Of a stretch of 64,000 bases of DNA, positions 25,725 to 35,127 are shown one piece after another. Positions within the stretch are counted from its first letter, which is position 1. Each line of letters opens with the position of its first letter. Source of the stretch: Treponema sp. (lineage in GTDB: Bacteria; Spirochaetota; Spirochaetia; Treponematales; Breznakiellaceae); the NCBI GenBank assembly GCA_031276295.1, contig JAISNI010000215.1:2285-66284 (forward strand), written 5' to 3'. Below the pieces are notes generated by a model that made no database searches, had not been told where the DNA came from, and worked only from the letters and a program-made list of their open reading frames with translations. The position numbers were made by a program, and so were the translations under genes.

Positions 25725-26539
25725 AAAATTTGGTTGTTCCTATTCTGGCCGTTATGCTCGCCCTGTTCCTTCCCCAAAGGACGGCGGCGCAGACGGCCCC
25801 TTTCCCCGACATGTCCACGCCGGGAACCGTGAGCATTCCAGATCCGCCTGACCAGCCGGTTATCCCCTTTATCGATCTGGTAATACGCAACCCGGAATCC
25901 GGCAGGGAAGTAGCCTTTTCCGTTCAACTGCTCCTCCTGCTTACGGTGCTTTCCCTCGCGCCCAGCATCATCATACTGCTTACCAGTTTTCTCCGTATCT
26001 CTATCGTTCTGGACTTTATTAAGAGGGCCCTCTCGCTTCAGCAGGTCCCCCCCAATCAGGTAATACTTGGCATTTCCTTCTTTATGACGATCTTTATTAT
26101 GTGGCCTACCCTTGACGAGGTCTATACCAACTCCTTTAGGCCCTTGCAGGAAGGGGCTATATCTGTTGAGGAGGCTTTTACCGAAGCCGAAGGCCCGTTC
26201 AGGATCTTTATGTACAACCAAATGAGCAATAATACCGACAATATCCGTCTTTTTATGTCGATGCGCGGCCTCGATAGCCCTGAAACCCTTGCGGATGTGC
26301 CTACCTATGTTCTTATTCCCGCCTTTATCCTCAATGAATTAACCGTTGCCTTTAAGATAGGGATACTGCTCTTCATTCCTTTTATCGTGATAGATATGGT
26401 GGTGGCAAGCGCCCTTATGTCTATGGGTATGATCATGCTGCCCCCGGTGATGATCTCAATGCCCTTCAAGCTCATCCTGTTTATACTGGTTGACGGCTGG
26501 GGGCTTTTGACGGATCAACTGGTCCGTTCTTTTGTGTAG
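25721..26539 (+). CDS. fliP: Flagellar type III export protein FliP
   Basis: Motifs: LTVLSLAPSIIILLTSFLRISIVLDFIKRALSLQQVPPNQV and PAFILNELTVAFKIG. Confidence 0.95.
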   Translation: MKNLVVPILAVMLALFLPQRTAAQTAPFPDMSTPGTVSIPDPPDQPVIPFIDLVIRNPESGREVAFSVQLLLLLTVLSLAPSIIILLTSFLRISIVLDFIKRALSLQQVPPNQVILGISFFMTIFIMWPTLDEVYTNSFRPLQEGAISVEEAFTEAEGPFRIFMYNQMSNNTDNIRLFMSMRGLDSPETLADVPTYVLIPAFILNELTVAFKIGILLFIPFIVIDMVVASALMSMGMIMLPPVMISMPFKLILFILVDGWGLLTDQLVRSFV

Positions 26540-26545
26540 GCGCTT

Positions 26546-26815
26546 ATGAGTCTGGGTGATGTAACGAATCTTCTGCGCGGGGGGATCATGCAGGTACTCT
26601 TCCTTGCCTCTCCCCTGTTGATTTCGGCGCTGGTGGTGGGCCTTATTGTAGCCATCCTCCAGGCTACCACTTCGATACAGGAGCAGACCCTCACCTTTGT
26701 TCCAAAGGTGATAGTTATACTTCTGGTTCTGGCGTTTTTAGGGGGCTGGATGTTTTCTTCCCTGGGGGATTACACGGTCAGGCTTTTTCAGATGATCCCC
26801 GATATGGCACGGTAA
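26546..26815 (+). CDS. fliQ: Flagellar type III export protein FliQ
   Basis: 89 aa. Motif: LLISALVVGLIVAILQATTSIQEQTLTFVPK. Confidence 0.95.
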   Translation: MSLGDVTNLLRGGIMQVLFLASPLLISALVVGLIVAILQATTSIQEQTLTFVPKVIVILLVLAFLGGWMFSSLGDYTVRLFQMIPDMAR

Positions 26816-26841
26816 GGCGCTTTTGGCGCTTGGTATAAGGT

Positions 26842-27723
26842 TTGGAAAGATTGATTGAAGAAAGGATAATTGACGAAATGCTGCGCGCCGCGCCGGTGCT
26901 GCTCCTCATCGCGGTAAGGGCACTGGCCATGATAGAAACCGCGCCCCTTCTCTCCTCCGATGCGGTACCCCAGGTTGCAAAGATCGCCCTGGCAGGATTT
27001 GCCGCATTCGCCGTATTGCCGTCCGGCGTTCCGCAGGATTCTTCGCTGCCGGTGGTAAGAGGCTGGGTACTGAACGGGGGAGGGGACGCCTTTGATCTCA
27101 GGTTTGTGTTTCTGCTGATAGGAGAAGCCTTTATCGGTATTATCATCGGCTTTTTTCTTAACCTTATCTTTGCCGCATTTTCAACCGCCGGCCAGTTCTT
27201 TTCCCTCCAGATGGGTTTCGGCGCATCGGAAACTTTCGACCCCCTGTCGCAGATAGAGAATCCTCTTATGGGCCAGTACCTCAATTTGGCGGCCATGCTC
27301 GTTTTTCTTTCGGTCGATGGCTTCCAGCAGCTCTTTCTGATGGGTTTTCAGCGTTCCATACAGTCGATAAGCGTTATAAGCCTGGTCGAGGGCAGGGAAA
27401 CGGTAACGGCTATGGTGGCGGCGGGGCTTTCCCGGCTTTTTATGGATGCCATCATCATTGCTATGCCTATTTTGGGGACCCTCTTCCTTACCTCGCTTTC
27501 CACCGGCCTTATCTCCAAAGCCGCCCCCCAGATCAACATCCTCTCCGAAGGTTTTCCTATATCCATTACCGTCGCGTTTATGCTTATCTTCGCAACGCTC
27601 CCCTTTATGATGGAAGCCTTTAGCCGCGTCGTGGATACGGCCTTTACAACCATCGAGAACCTCTATATCCAGATCGGGGGGCAGGTAGGGGCCGCCGGTA
27701 TAAAGGCGGGAGGGATCGTATGA
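26842..27723 (+). CDS. fliR: Flagellar type III export protein FliR
   Basis: Polytopic protein between fliQ and flhB, with QMGFGASETFDP. The TTG start is uncertain; an ATG at 26878 is an alternative. Confidence 0.85.
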   Translation: MERLIEERIIDEMLRAAPVLLLIAVRALAMIETAPLLSSDAVPQVAKIALAGFAAFAVLPSGVPQDSSLPVVRGWVLNGGGDAFDLRFVFLLIGEAFIGIIIGFFLNLIFAAFSTAGQFFSLQMGFGASETFDPLSQIENPLMGQYLNLAAMLVFLSVDGFQQLFLMGFQRSIQSISVISLVEGRETVTAMVAAGLSRLFMDAIIIAMPILGTLFLTSLSTGLISKAAPQINILSEGFPISITVAFMLIFATLPFMMEAFSRVVDTAFTTIENLYIQIGGQVGAAGIKAGGIV

Positions 27724-28898
27724 ACCGGATGGAAATTTGGACCGCGGGGGACGGAACTGTTAAGCCGGGTGAAGTTACCCTGATCCTGGATCTGCAATGG
27801 TTCGCGGCGGAGGACGAGGGCAGGACCGAGGAGCCTACCGAATTTACCTACCAGAAGGCGAGGGAGGAAGGCCGGCTTGCCAAGAGCCAGGAACTGATCG
27901 GCGCTCTGGTACTCCTGCTTCCGGCGCTGGCCATACTGTTTCTTGCCCCGTCCATGTTGAGGACTTCGGTGGAAATGCTGCGCTTGTTTTTAACCCGTGC
28001 GGCAGAGATAGATACGGTAAAAGACCGGCTGGCGGCGGGCCTCTCGTTCCTCTATTTTATCCGCCTTGCCCTGCCTATCGTTGTAATTGCGATGTTTGCG
28101 GGTATCCTCGCAAACCTTATTCAGACCGGGTTTCTCTTTACCACCAAGCCCTTGGTACCGGATTTTAGCCGTATCATCCCCCATATCGGGCGCTACTTCC
28201 AGCGTACCCTGTTTTCGGCGGCCGGTATCTTTAACTTCTTTAAATCCATCGTTAAAATGGCCATCATAGGCGGGGTTGCCTTTCTTCTTATCAGGCTTGA
28301 CATAGAAAAGCTGGCGAATCTTCAGAAGGCCGACCTCTGGCTCGGCATTACAACCATTGCGTCGCTTGCCTCGCGTATGCTTATCATTTCCGCCCTACTC
28401 CTCCTGGTCCTTTCCATTCCGGATTATATGTTCCAGCGCTGGCAGTTCAGGGAATCCCTCAAGATGACCATACAACAGGCCAAGGAGGAACGCAAACAGT
28501 ACGAAGGCGATCCCTATGTACGCAGCCGTCTGAGGCAGCGTATGCGCGATATTTTGACGAGGGATATGCTCCGCAAGGTAATACCACGCGCGGATGTGGT
28601 GATCACCAACCCTACGCACTACGCCGTGGCCCTGGAATACCATATAGGTCAATGGGAGGCTCCGGTAGTTACCGCGAAGGGGGAGGATAACCTGGCCCTG
28701 ATGATCAAGCGGGTTGCCGCCCAGCATGAGGTCCCTATCGTCGAGAATAAAATCCTGGCGCGGAGCCTGTACGCGGAAGCTGAAATCGGGGACTATATAC
28801 CGGAAGCCTACTATAAAGTTGTCGCATCAATTCTCAGTACCGTGATGAATATCAACGAAGAACGCCGAAAAAGAAAGGAGGCGGATAGAGGGGCATGA
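27720..28898 (+). CDS. flhB: Flagellar type III export protein FlhB
   Basis: Motifs: DLQWFAAEDEGRTEEPT, autocleavage NPTHY, and RADVVITNPTHYAVAL. An ATGA overlap links it to fliR. Confidence 0.95.
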   Translation: MNRMEIWTAGDGTVKPGEVTLILDLQWFAAEDEGRTEEPTEFTYQKAREEGRLAKSQELIGALVLLLPALAILFLAPSMLRTSVEMLRLFLTRAAEIDTVKDRLAAGLSFLYFIRLALPIVVIAMFAGILANLIQTGFLFTTKPLVPDFSRIIPHIGRYFQRTLFSAAGIFNFFKSIVKMAIIGGVAFLLIRLDIEKLANLQKADLWLGITTIASLASRMLIISALLLLVLSIPDYMFQRWQFRESLKMTIQQAKEERKQYEGDPYVRSRLRQRMRDILTRDMLRKVIPRADVVITNPTHYAVALEYHIGQWEAPVVTAKGEDNLALMIKRVAAQHEVPIVENKILARSLYAEAEIGDYIPEAYYKVVASILSTVMNINEERRKRKEADRGA

Positions 28899-29038
28899 CG
28901 CCCCGTATGTCTTTCGGTATCGTATCAAAGATAGAGTAATTGGTAGCCCCGGCCGGGTTGATTTATAGAAAAAATCCAAAACGGGGGAGGGTTTAGAATG
29001 TATATTATACAAAAAGGATAGGTGGCAAGGAAAAAATT

Positions 29039-31144
29039 ATGGCCGATATAGCGCGTACTAATGTCAATAGCAGTTCTCCCGGTAAGTTCCCCAGCGATCT
29101 CCTCATACCCTTGGGGGCGATAGTGATTGTGATTATGCTTATCATCCCGCTTAACACCGTTTTTCTGGATGCCCTTATGTCGCTGAATCTGATCTTCTCG
29201 CTGTTGGTACTCCTCATCGTACTGTATACTAAAAAACCGACGGATTTCAGCCTTTTCCCCCTGGTGCTGCTTGTTGTTACGGTGTTCGGCCTTGCCCTCA
29301 ATGTTTCATCAACACGGCTTATCCTTACCCAGGGCGCCAAGTTCGACGGCCGTATGATACGGGCGTTCTCCTCCTTTGTTGTAGGGTCCAGCGGTACCGA
29401 GGGCCTAGTGGTGGGCTTTGTTATCTTTATTGTGATAATCGCCGTACAGGTGGTGGTTATCACCAAGGGCGCCACCCGTGTTTCGGAAGTGGCGGCCCGC
29501 TTTACCCTGGACGGTATGCCGGGGAAGCAGATGGCCATAGAAGCCGAGGTTAATTCCGGCGCTATTACCGAAGAAGAGTCTATGTTAAGGCGCCAGGAGC
29601 TTCAGCTTGAGTCCGACTTTTACGGGGCTATGGACGGGGCAAGCAAGTTCATATCCGGCAACGTCAAGGTAGGGATATTTATCACCGTTATTAACATACT
29701 CGGCGGTTTTATTATAGGGGTTGCCCTGCACCAGGAAGAGCCCGCTTCCGCCATCGGGACCTACATCACGTTTTCCATAGGGGACGGCCTCCTCAGCCAG
29801 TTCCCCGCGCTCTTTGTATCGACGGCCATGGGCATAGTGGTTACCCGCGCCGCTACACCGGGTGTTTTAAGCGAAAAGGTGGCAAAGCAGTTTTCTCAGG
29901 ATGCCAAGGTATACTGGGTTTGCGCCGCCGTGGTTGCCGGTTTCGCCCTGCTTCCGGGTTTCCCCTGGTATGTGCTTATCCCCATGTCCGGCCTGATCGG
30001 GGCCTACGCCTTTCTCCTGGGGAAAAAGCACCAGCGGGAAGCCGCCGGCTTTAAGGAAAACCTTGCAAAGACCGCGTCCGCCAAGAAAACGCGGGAAGAA
30101 ACCGAGGAAATATCGCCTATACTTCCCCAGGATAACCTTTCCCTGGAATTGGGATATGCCCTGATACCTCTGGTCGATAAGGATAAAGGCGCCGAGCTTC
30201 TGGATAGGGTTCAGGGGGTCCGGCGTACGTCGGCGCTGGAATTGGGCCTTGTCATACCAAAGGTCAGGATAATTGACAATATGCTTCTTGAGCCTTCGGA
30301 GTACTGCTTCAAGATCAAAGGCGTGGATGTGGGCCGGAGTAAGCTCCGCATGGGCTTCTACCTCTGTATCAATCCCGGCAAGGTGAAGGAAGAACTGCCC
30401 GGGGAAAAGACCAGAGAGCCTACCTTCGGCCTTCCTGCCGTATGGGTGTCCGTCGATAAACGGGATCAGGCCGAGCGCGCCGGGTACACGGTGGTGGATC
30501 CTCCGAGCATTATCGCCACGCACCTGACGGAGATTATCAAACGCCATGCTTCGGAGATACTGGGCCGCCAGGAAACCCAGGCTATCCTGGATACGATCAA
30601 GAAGGACTACCCCGCGGTTGTTGAAGAGATACAGAAGACGGTAACGCTGGGCGATGTCCAGAAAGTTTTACAGGGCTTGCTGAGGGAACGGGTTTCTATT
30701 CGGAATATGGTGTCTATCCTGGAAGCCATTGCCGACTTTGCGCCTATCTCCAGGGATATACGCTTCCTTACCGAGAAGGCGCGCCAGGCCCTGGGGAGCC
30801 AGCTCTGCCATCAGTTTGCCGATGAGAACCGCGTCCTCCATGTCCTCATGCTGGACCAGGCGCTGGAACAGAAGATCATTGACAGCAGGGTGGAAACCGG
30901 TTATGGTATGGTTTCGGCAATGAAGCCGGAACTTCAGAGTGCCTGGATAAAGGCTCTTTCCAGGGCCATGGCGGCGGTTCAGGAGAAGGGTTACTTCCCG
31001 GTGATCCTCTGCTCGGAAGCCGCGCGGTATCCTATAAAATCATCGGCGGAACGGGATTTACCTGATTTGGTTGTGCTTTCACTTCAGGAGCTTGTCCAGG
31101 AAATTACGGTAGAATCGATAGGTATTATAAAATTGGATAATTAA
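29039..31144 (+). CDS. flhA: Flagellar type III export protein FlhA
   Basis: 701 aa. Motifs: RFTLDGMPGKQMAIEAE and GDGLLSQFPALFVSTAMGIVVTRA. Confidence 0.95.
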   Translation: MADIARTNVNSSSPGKFPSDLLIPLGAIVIVIMLIIPLNTVFLDALMSLNLIFSLLVLLIVLYTKKPTDFSLFPLVLLVVTVFGLALNVSSTRLILTQGAKFDGRMIRAFSSFVVGSSGTEGLVVGFVIFIVIIAVQVVVITKGATRVSEVAARFTLDGMPGKQMAIEAEVNSGAITEEESMLRRQELQLESDFYGAMDGASKFISGNVKVGIFITVINILGGFIIGVALHQEEPASAIGTYITFSIGDGLLSQFPALFVSTAMGIVVTRAATPGVLSEKVAKQFSQDAKVYWVCAAVVAGFALLPGFPWYVLIPMSGLIGAYAFLLGKKHQREAAGFKENLAKTASAKKTREETEEISPILPQDNLSLELGYALIPLVDKDKGAELLDRVQGVRRTSALELGLVIPKVRIIDNMLLEPSEYCFKIKGVDVGRSKLRMGFYLCINPGKVKEELPGEKTREPTFGLPAVWVSVDKRDQAERAGYTVVDPPSIIATHLTEIIKRHASEILGRQETQAILDTIKKDYPAVVEEIQKTVTLGDVQKVLQGLLRERVSIRNMVSILEAIADFAPISRDIRFLTEKARQALGSQLCHQFADENRVLHVLMLDQALEQKIIDSRVETGYGMVSAMKPELQSAWIKALSRAMAAVQEKGYFPVILCSEAARYPIKSSAERDLPDLVVLSLQELVQEITVESIGIIKLDN

Positions 31145-31153
31145 GGAAATCGT

Positions 31154-32503
31154 ATGACAGAATATTTTACCGAAAAAGGCTATACCTATCGGGAATGTGT
31201 GGATAAGGCGCGGGAAAAACATGGCCCTAATATTAGAATTCTTATCCATAGACACATACTTATAGGGAGATTCTTAGGTCTTTTCCCGCGGGACGGGGTG
31301 GAGTTAACCGGCGTTGTACTTGAGCCGGTTAAAAATGCCGCAGGGCTCTCATCGGGGATGGGGAATGCCGTGTTACCTGCTTCCGGCCGTATACATACCG
31401 TTGTTCCGGGGCCCGTGCCGGCCAGTAATGAGTATACAACGAGGGAAGCAAAGGCCCCTTCGCCCATGAAACTGCCCGATTTGGAAGAGCAAAAGAGAAA
31501 GATACTCGCTGCCGTAGCGGGAGGGGGCAAGGAAAGTGCCCCGGGTACGGAAAATCGGGAAGACGCCATCACACAAGTGCTGCAAGAGGTAAAGAAATTG
31601 GGTGAGCGGATAGATGCCGCGGGGTTTCAGGCCGAGGATCACCCCAGTATACGGCAGATCCATGAACTGCTCAGTTTGAACGATTTTTCTTCTTCCTACA
31701 TTGCGGATATACTGGGGCGTATCAGGAAAGAATGTACCGTTGAAACTCTGGCGCAGTTTGACGAGGTGCAGACCAAAGTGCTTGAATGGATAGGTGAAAG
31801 CATCCATATCTACAAGGAGAAGGCTAAATCCAAGAGGCCCCGGATCATCGTGCTGGTAGGGCCGACCGGGGTAGGAAAGACGACCACGATTGCAAAACTT
31901 GCGGCTAATTTTGGCGTTGACGGCAAAGGCAAAAAGCTGGCCAGGATAGTGCTGATCACCATAGATGCGTTCCGTATAGGGGCGGAACTTCAACTTGAAA
32001 AATACGGTAATCTGCTGGATATGGAAACCTTCTCCGTGGACGATTATCTGGCGCTTAAAAAAACTATAGACTTAAAATCCGATGGAACTGATATATTCCT
32101 TATAGATACGATTGGGAGGAGTCCCCGCGATCCCTCAAAGCTGGGGGAAATGAAGGAGATACTTGATGCCTGCGGTTCATTTGCGGAGATACATCTGGCC
32201 ATGTCCGCTACAACAAAAACAAGCGACATGAAGGAGATAATGCAGCAGTTTGAACCGTTTAATTATCAGTCGCTGGTAATTACCAAGTTTGATGAAACCG
32301 TGCGGATTGGAAATATCATCAGCATACTGGCGGAAAAGGGGAAATCCGTCTCTTACATTACCGACGGCCAGGGCGTCCCCAACGACATACAGAAGGCTAA
32401 CGTGGTCCGTTTTCTTGGTAGTCTTGAAGGGTTTCGATATGATCGGCAGAAAATCGACGCTCTATTCCCGGTAAGTATGCCGGATAAAAATAAGTGGGGA
32501 TAA
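31154..32503 (+). CDS. flhF: Flagellar biosynthesis GTPase FlhF (SRP-type)
   Basis: Motifs: LVGPTGVGKTTTIAKLA, DTIGRS, and TKFDET. Confidence 0.9.
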   Translation: MTEYFTEKGYTYRECVDKAREKHGPNIRILIHRHILIGRFLGLFPRDGVELTGVVLEPVKNAAGLSSGMGNAVLPASGRIHTVVPGPVPASNEYTTREAKAPSPMKLPDLEEQKRKILAAVAGGGKESAPGTENREDAITQVLQEVKKLGERIDAAGFQAEDHPSIRQIHELLSLNDFSSSYIADILGRIRKECTVETLAQFDEVQTKVLEWIGESIHIYKEKAKSKRPRIIVLVGPTGVGKTTTIAKLAANFGVDGKGKKLARIVLITIDAFRIGAELQLEKYGNLLDMETFSVDDYLALKKTIDLKSDGTDIFLIDTIGRSPRDPSKLGEMKEILDACGSFAEIHLAMSATTKTSDMKEIMQQFEPFNYQSLVITKFDETVRIGNIISILAEKGKSVSYITDGQGVPNDIQKANVVRFLGSLEGFRYDRQKIDALFPVSMPDKNKWG

Positions 32504-33369
32504 TGATGGAAGATCAGGCGGAGAAGCTGCGGGAAATAATGAATAAAAAGCATACCTCTAAGGATAGCAAGAAAATCCGTATCATTACGGTAACATCCGG
32601 CAAGGGGGGGGTTGGCAAGACCAATATTTCCATAAATATGGCGATTGCCTATGCCCGGCTTGGCAAGAAAGTTGTCGTAATGGATGCGGATCTGGGGCTT
32701 GCCAATGTGAATGTTATGCTCAATACAATTCCTAAATTCCATCTTTACCATGTGATTAAGCGGCAAAAGACGTTGAAAGAGATACTTATGGAAACCGAAT
32801 ATGGTATATCCATCATTGCGGGGGCTTCAGGTTTCTCTAAAATCGCCAATCTGACCGAAGATGAGAGGCAGAACTTCATTGATGAACTTAATACCCTTTC
32901 CACCGCCGATATTATTATCGTAGATACCAGCGCGGGGGTTTCGAGCAATGTTCTGGACTTTATCGCGGCGGCGGATGACGCGGTCATCATCGCTACGCCT
33001 GAACCCACGGCCATTACCGATGCTTTCGGCATTATCAAGATCATTGCCAGCGAGATGGAGAACCTCAATATAGGCCTTAAACTTGTGGTTAACCGGGTAA
33101 AGTCCGCCGTTGAGGCAAAACAGGTTGCGGATCGTATGATCAACATCGCGGGGCAGTTTTTGAACATCAAGGTTGAGTATCTGGGGTTTATCTATGACGA
33201 CAATACGGTAGCCCAGGCCGTCATTCGGCAGAAGCCTTTTCTGGTACTGGACCCCAGATGTAAGGCAAGCCAGTGTGTTCAGCATATCGTAGAACGGCTT
33301 GAGAAGAGCGAATTCCACGAGAGAGGCGGTTTTGGCAATCTGTTTAAGCGGGTTTTTAACCGCACATAG
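32503..33369 (+). CDS. flhG: MinD/ParA-type ATPase FlhG (YlxH)
   Basis: Deviant Walker A SGKGGVGKTNISINMA. The start overlaps the flhF stop (TAATG). The stop TAG at 33367-33369 is the first 3 nt of repeat B. Confidence 0.9.
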   Translation: MMEDQAEKLREIMNKKHTSKDSKKIRIITVTSGKGGVGKTNISINMAIAYARLGKKVVVMDADLGLANVNVMLNTIPKFHLYHVIKRQKTLKEILMETEYGISIIAGASGFSKIANLTEDERQNFIDELNTLSTADIIIVDTSAGVSSNVLDFIAAADDAVIIATPEPTAITDAFGIIKIIASEMENLNIGLKLVVNRVKSAVEAKQVADRMINIAGQFLNIKVEYLGFIYDDNTVAQAVIRQKPFLVLDPRCKASQCVQHIVERLEKSEFHERGGFGNLFKRVFNRT

Positions 33370-33510
33370 CAGTTTGTTGCGCTTCAGCGCAAATATCATA
33401 AATATTCACGAATGTGAATATTTATACCATACAAACTGCCGGAGCAGCCCCGATAATCGGGATTTTTTGCATGAATATGCAAAAAATCCACAAGTGCAAC
33501 AGGCTGCTAG
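33367..33510 (+). repeat. CTAG-bounded hairpin-mosaic repeat, long form (copy B, 144 bp)
   Basis: The ends are TAGCAGTTTGTTGCGCTTCAGCGCAA...CAACAGGCTGCTAG. It is colinear with copy A except that the GGACC-AAA-GGTCC module is absent. Confidence 0.85.
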
Positions 33511-33549
33511 GGCGGGATCCCTCAATATGCGGATCGGGGAGTAAAGCTG

Positions 33550-34317
33550 ATGTTTGATATGAGAATAAACGGTATTATTGCCGGGCTTGCCTTTATAATC
33601 TCTGTGCTGGTAGGTTCGCTGAGCGGCGGAGCTTTTCTAATCGTTCTGCTCCGCGCCCTGATCTTTGCCGTTGTTTTCTTTGTGATTGCCGCGGGGATAA
33701 ACCTTGCCGTGAGCCGTTTTTTGCCGGAACTGCTTGATATGAACGATAACGACCGTCCGGGGTCCCATATTGATGTTACGGTTGAGGATGAAGATAATCC
33801 TATAGCCCTTCCCGATGAAGATTCCGAAGGGGATGTCGACAATATCGGGGAACTTGTAGGAGAGAGCGGCGGAGAAGGAGAGGGATCGTTCGAAAATATA
33901 ATGGAGGGTACAGGTCTAGACCGGCCGGGCAAAAATGGGTATACTGTTAATACGGAAGCGGGGGAAGATACCTCTTTTTCGGATAATAAAAGCATAGATC
34001 CGCACGCTTCACCTTTAACCGACAAGCAGGCAATGTCCAAACCAAATATCCGGACATCCGCCGATGTGCAAGATTTTCAGCCTGCGATTCCTTCCCGGTC
34101 TTCGGAGGATGCGGATTCGGTGGATGTACTTCCTGATTTGGAAGATATGGCGAAGGCTTTTCTGCCGTCCGAAGGGGCTGATAAAGAAGAATCAGCCTTT
34201 GAAGACGCCCCGCAGAAGAAACAATCAAAAAGCGGCAAGGGTAAAAGCCTTGCCGGGGATTTTAGTTCAAAAGATATGGCTCAGGCATTGCAGACCATAT
34301 TAAAACGCGAAGAGTAA
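33550..34317 (+). CDS. Hypothetical membrane-anchored acidic protein (flagellar-cluster associated)
   Basis: Two N-terminal TM segments are followed by an Asp/Glu-rich low-complexity tail. The gene lies between flhG and fliA. Confidence 0.5.
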   Translation: MFDMRINGIIAGLAFIISVLVGSLSGGAFLIVLLRALIFAVVFFVIAAGINLAVSRFLPELLDMNDNDRPGSHIDVTVEDEDNPIALPDEDSEGDVDNIGELVGESGGEGEGSFENIMEGTGLDRPGKNGYTVNTEAGEDTSFSDNKSIDPHASPLTDKQAMSKPNIRTSADVQDFQPAIPSRSSEDADSVDVLPDLEDMAKAFLPSEGADKEESAFEDAPQKKQSKSGKGKSLAGDFSSKDMAQALQTILKREE

Positions 34318-34327
34318 GGTATAGAAA

Positions 34328-35116
34328 ATGGGGAATGTCCTTTTGGATCAAAAAACAGAAGAGGAACTCTGGCAGGAATACCGCCGTACAAAGGACCCGC
34401 AGATCAGGGAGGGTTTTATCAAGCAGTATGCTCCCCTGGTCAAATATGTAGCCGGCAGGGTTGCGATAGGTATGCCCCACAACGTTGAATTTGACGATCT
34501 TGTCGGCTTTGGAGTATTCGGACTCCTTGACGCAATAGATAAATTCGATCCTGAAAAGAATGTAAAATTTAAGACCTATGCGGTTACCCGTATCCGGGGC
34601 GCTATTTTTGATGAATTACGTTCTATAGATTGGGTGCCCCGGTCTATCCGTCAGAAAGTACGCGAAATCGAAGATACCATTGGTTCGCTGGAAGCCCAAC
34701 TGGGCAGGACCGCGACGGACGAAGAGATAGCCTCCGAAATGGGAATGAATGTAAACGAATATCTCAAAATTATGATAAAAATATCGGGCACCTCGGTTCT
34801 TTCCCTCAACGACATGTGGTTCTCCGGAGACGAAAATGACAAGGTTTCCATTGCGGACAGCATAGAATCCCCTTCAAGTCTTAACCCCGATGTAATAGTT
34901 GAAAAAGAGGAGATACGGAGGCTGATTGCCGAATTTATCCGTGAACTTCCCGAAAAGGAACAGAAGATACTTGCCGCGTATTACTATGAAGAAGCAACCC
35001 TTAAGGAAATAGGGCAGGTATTGGATATCACCGAATCGCGGGTGTCTCAGCTTCATACCAAGGCAATAGTTCATCTGCGGGCAAAACTAACCAATATACG
35101 TAAAGGTATATACTAA
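34328..35116 (+). CDS. fliA: Flagellar RNA polymerase sigma factor sigma-28 (FliA/WhiG)
   Basis: Motifs: [30 protein letters not shown] and region 4 [24 protein letters not shown]. Confidence 0.9.
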   Translation: MGNVLLDQKTEEELWQEYRRTKDPQIREGFIKQYAPLVKYVAGRVAIGMPHNVEFDDLVGFGVFGLLDAIDKFDPEKNVKFKTYAVTRIRGAIFDELRSIDWVPRSIRQKVREIEDTIGSLEAQLGRTATDEEIASEMGMNVNEYLKIMIKISGTSVLSLNDMWFSGDENDKVSIADSIESPSSLNPDVIVEKEEIRRLIAEFIRELPEKEQKILAAYYYEEATLKEIGQVLDITESRVSQLHTKAIVHLRAKLTNIRKGIY

Positions 35117-35127
35117 GGGAGTTGTTT

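Noticed and set aside
32604-32611. Homopolymer tracts inside CDSs as possible phase-variation switches: G8 in the flhG Walker A, G8 at 18563-18570 in flgE, T9 at 43632-43640, T8 at 14403-14410, and A9 at 37362-37370.
   Set aside because: All are currently in frame in conserved or essential genes. The lengths are modest and there is no evidence of variation from a single sequence. They are more relevant as potential sequencing-error hotspots.
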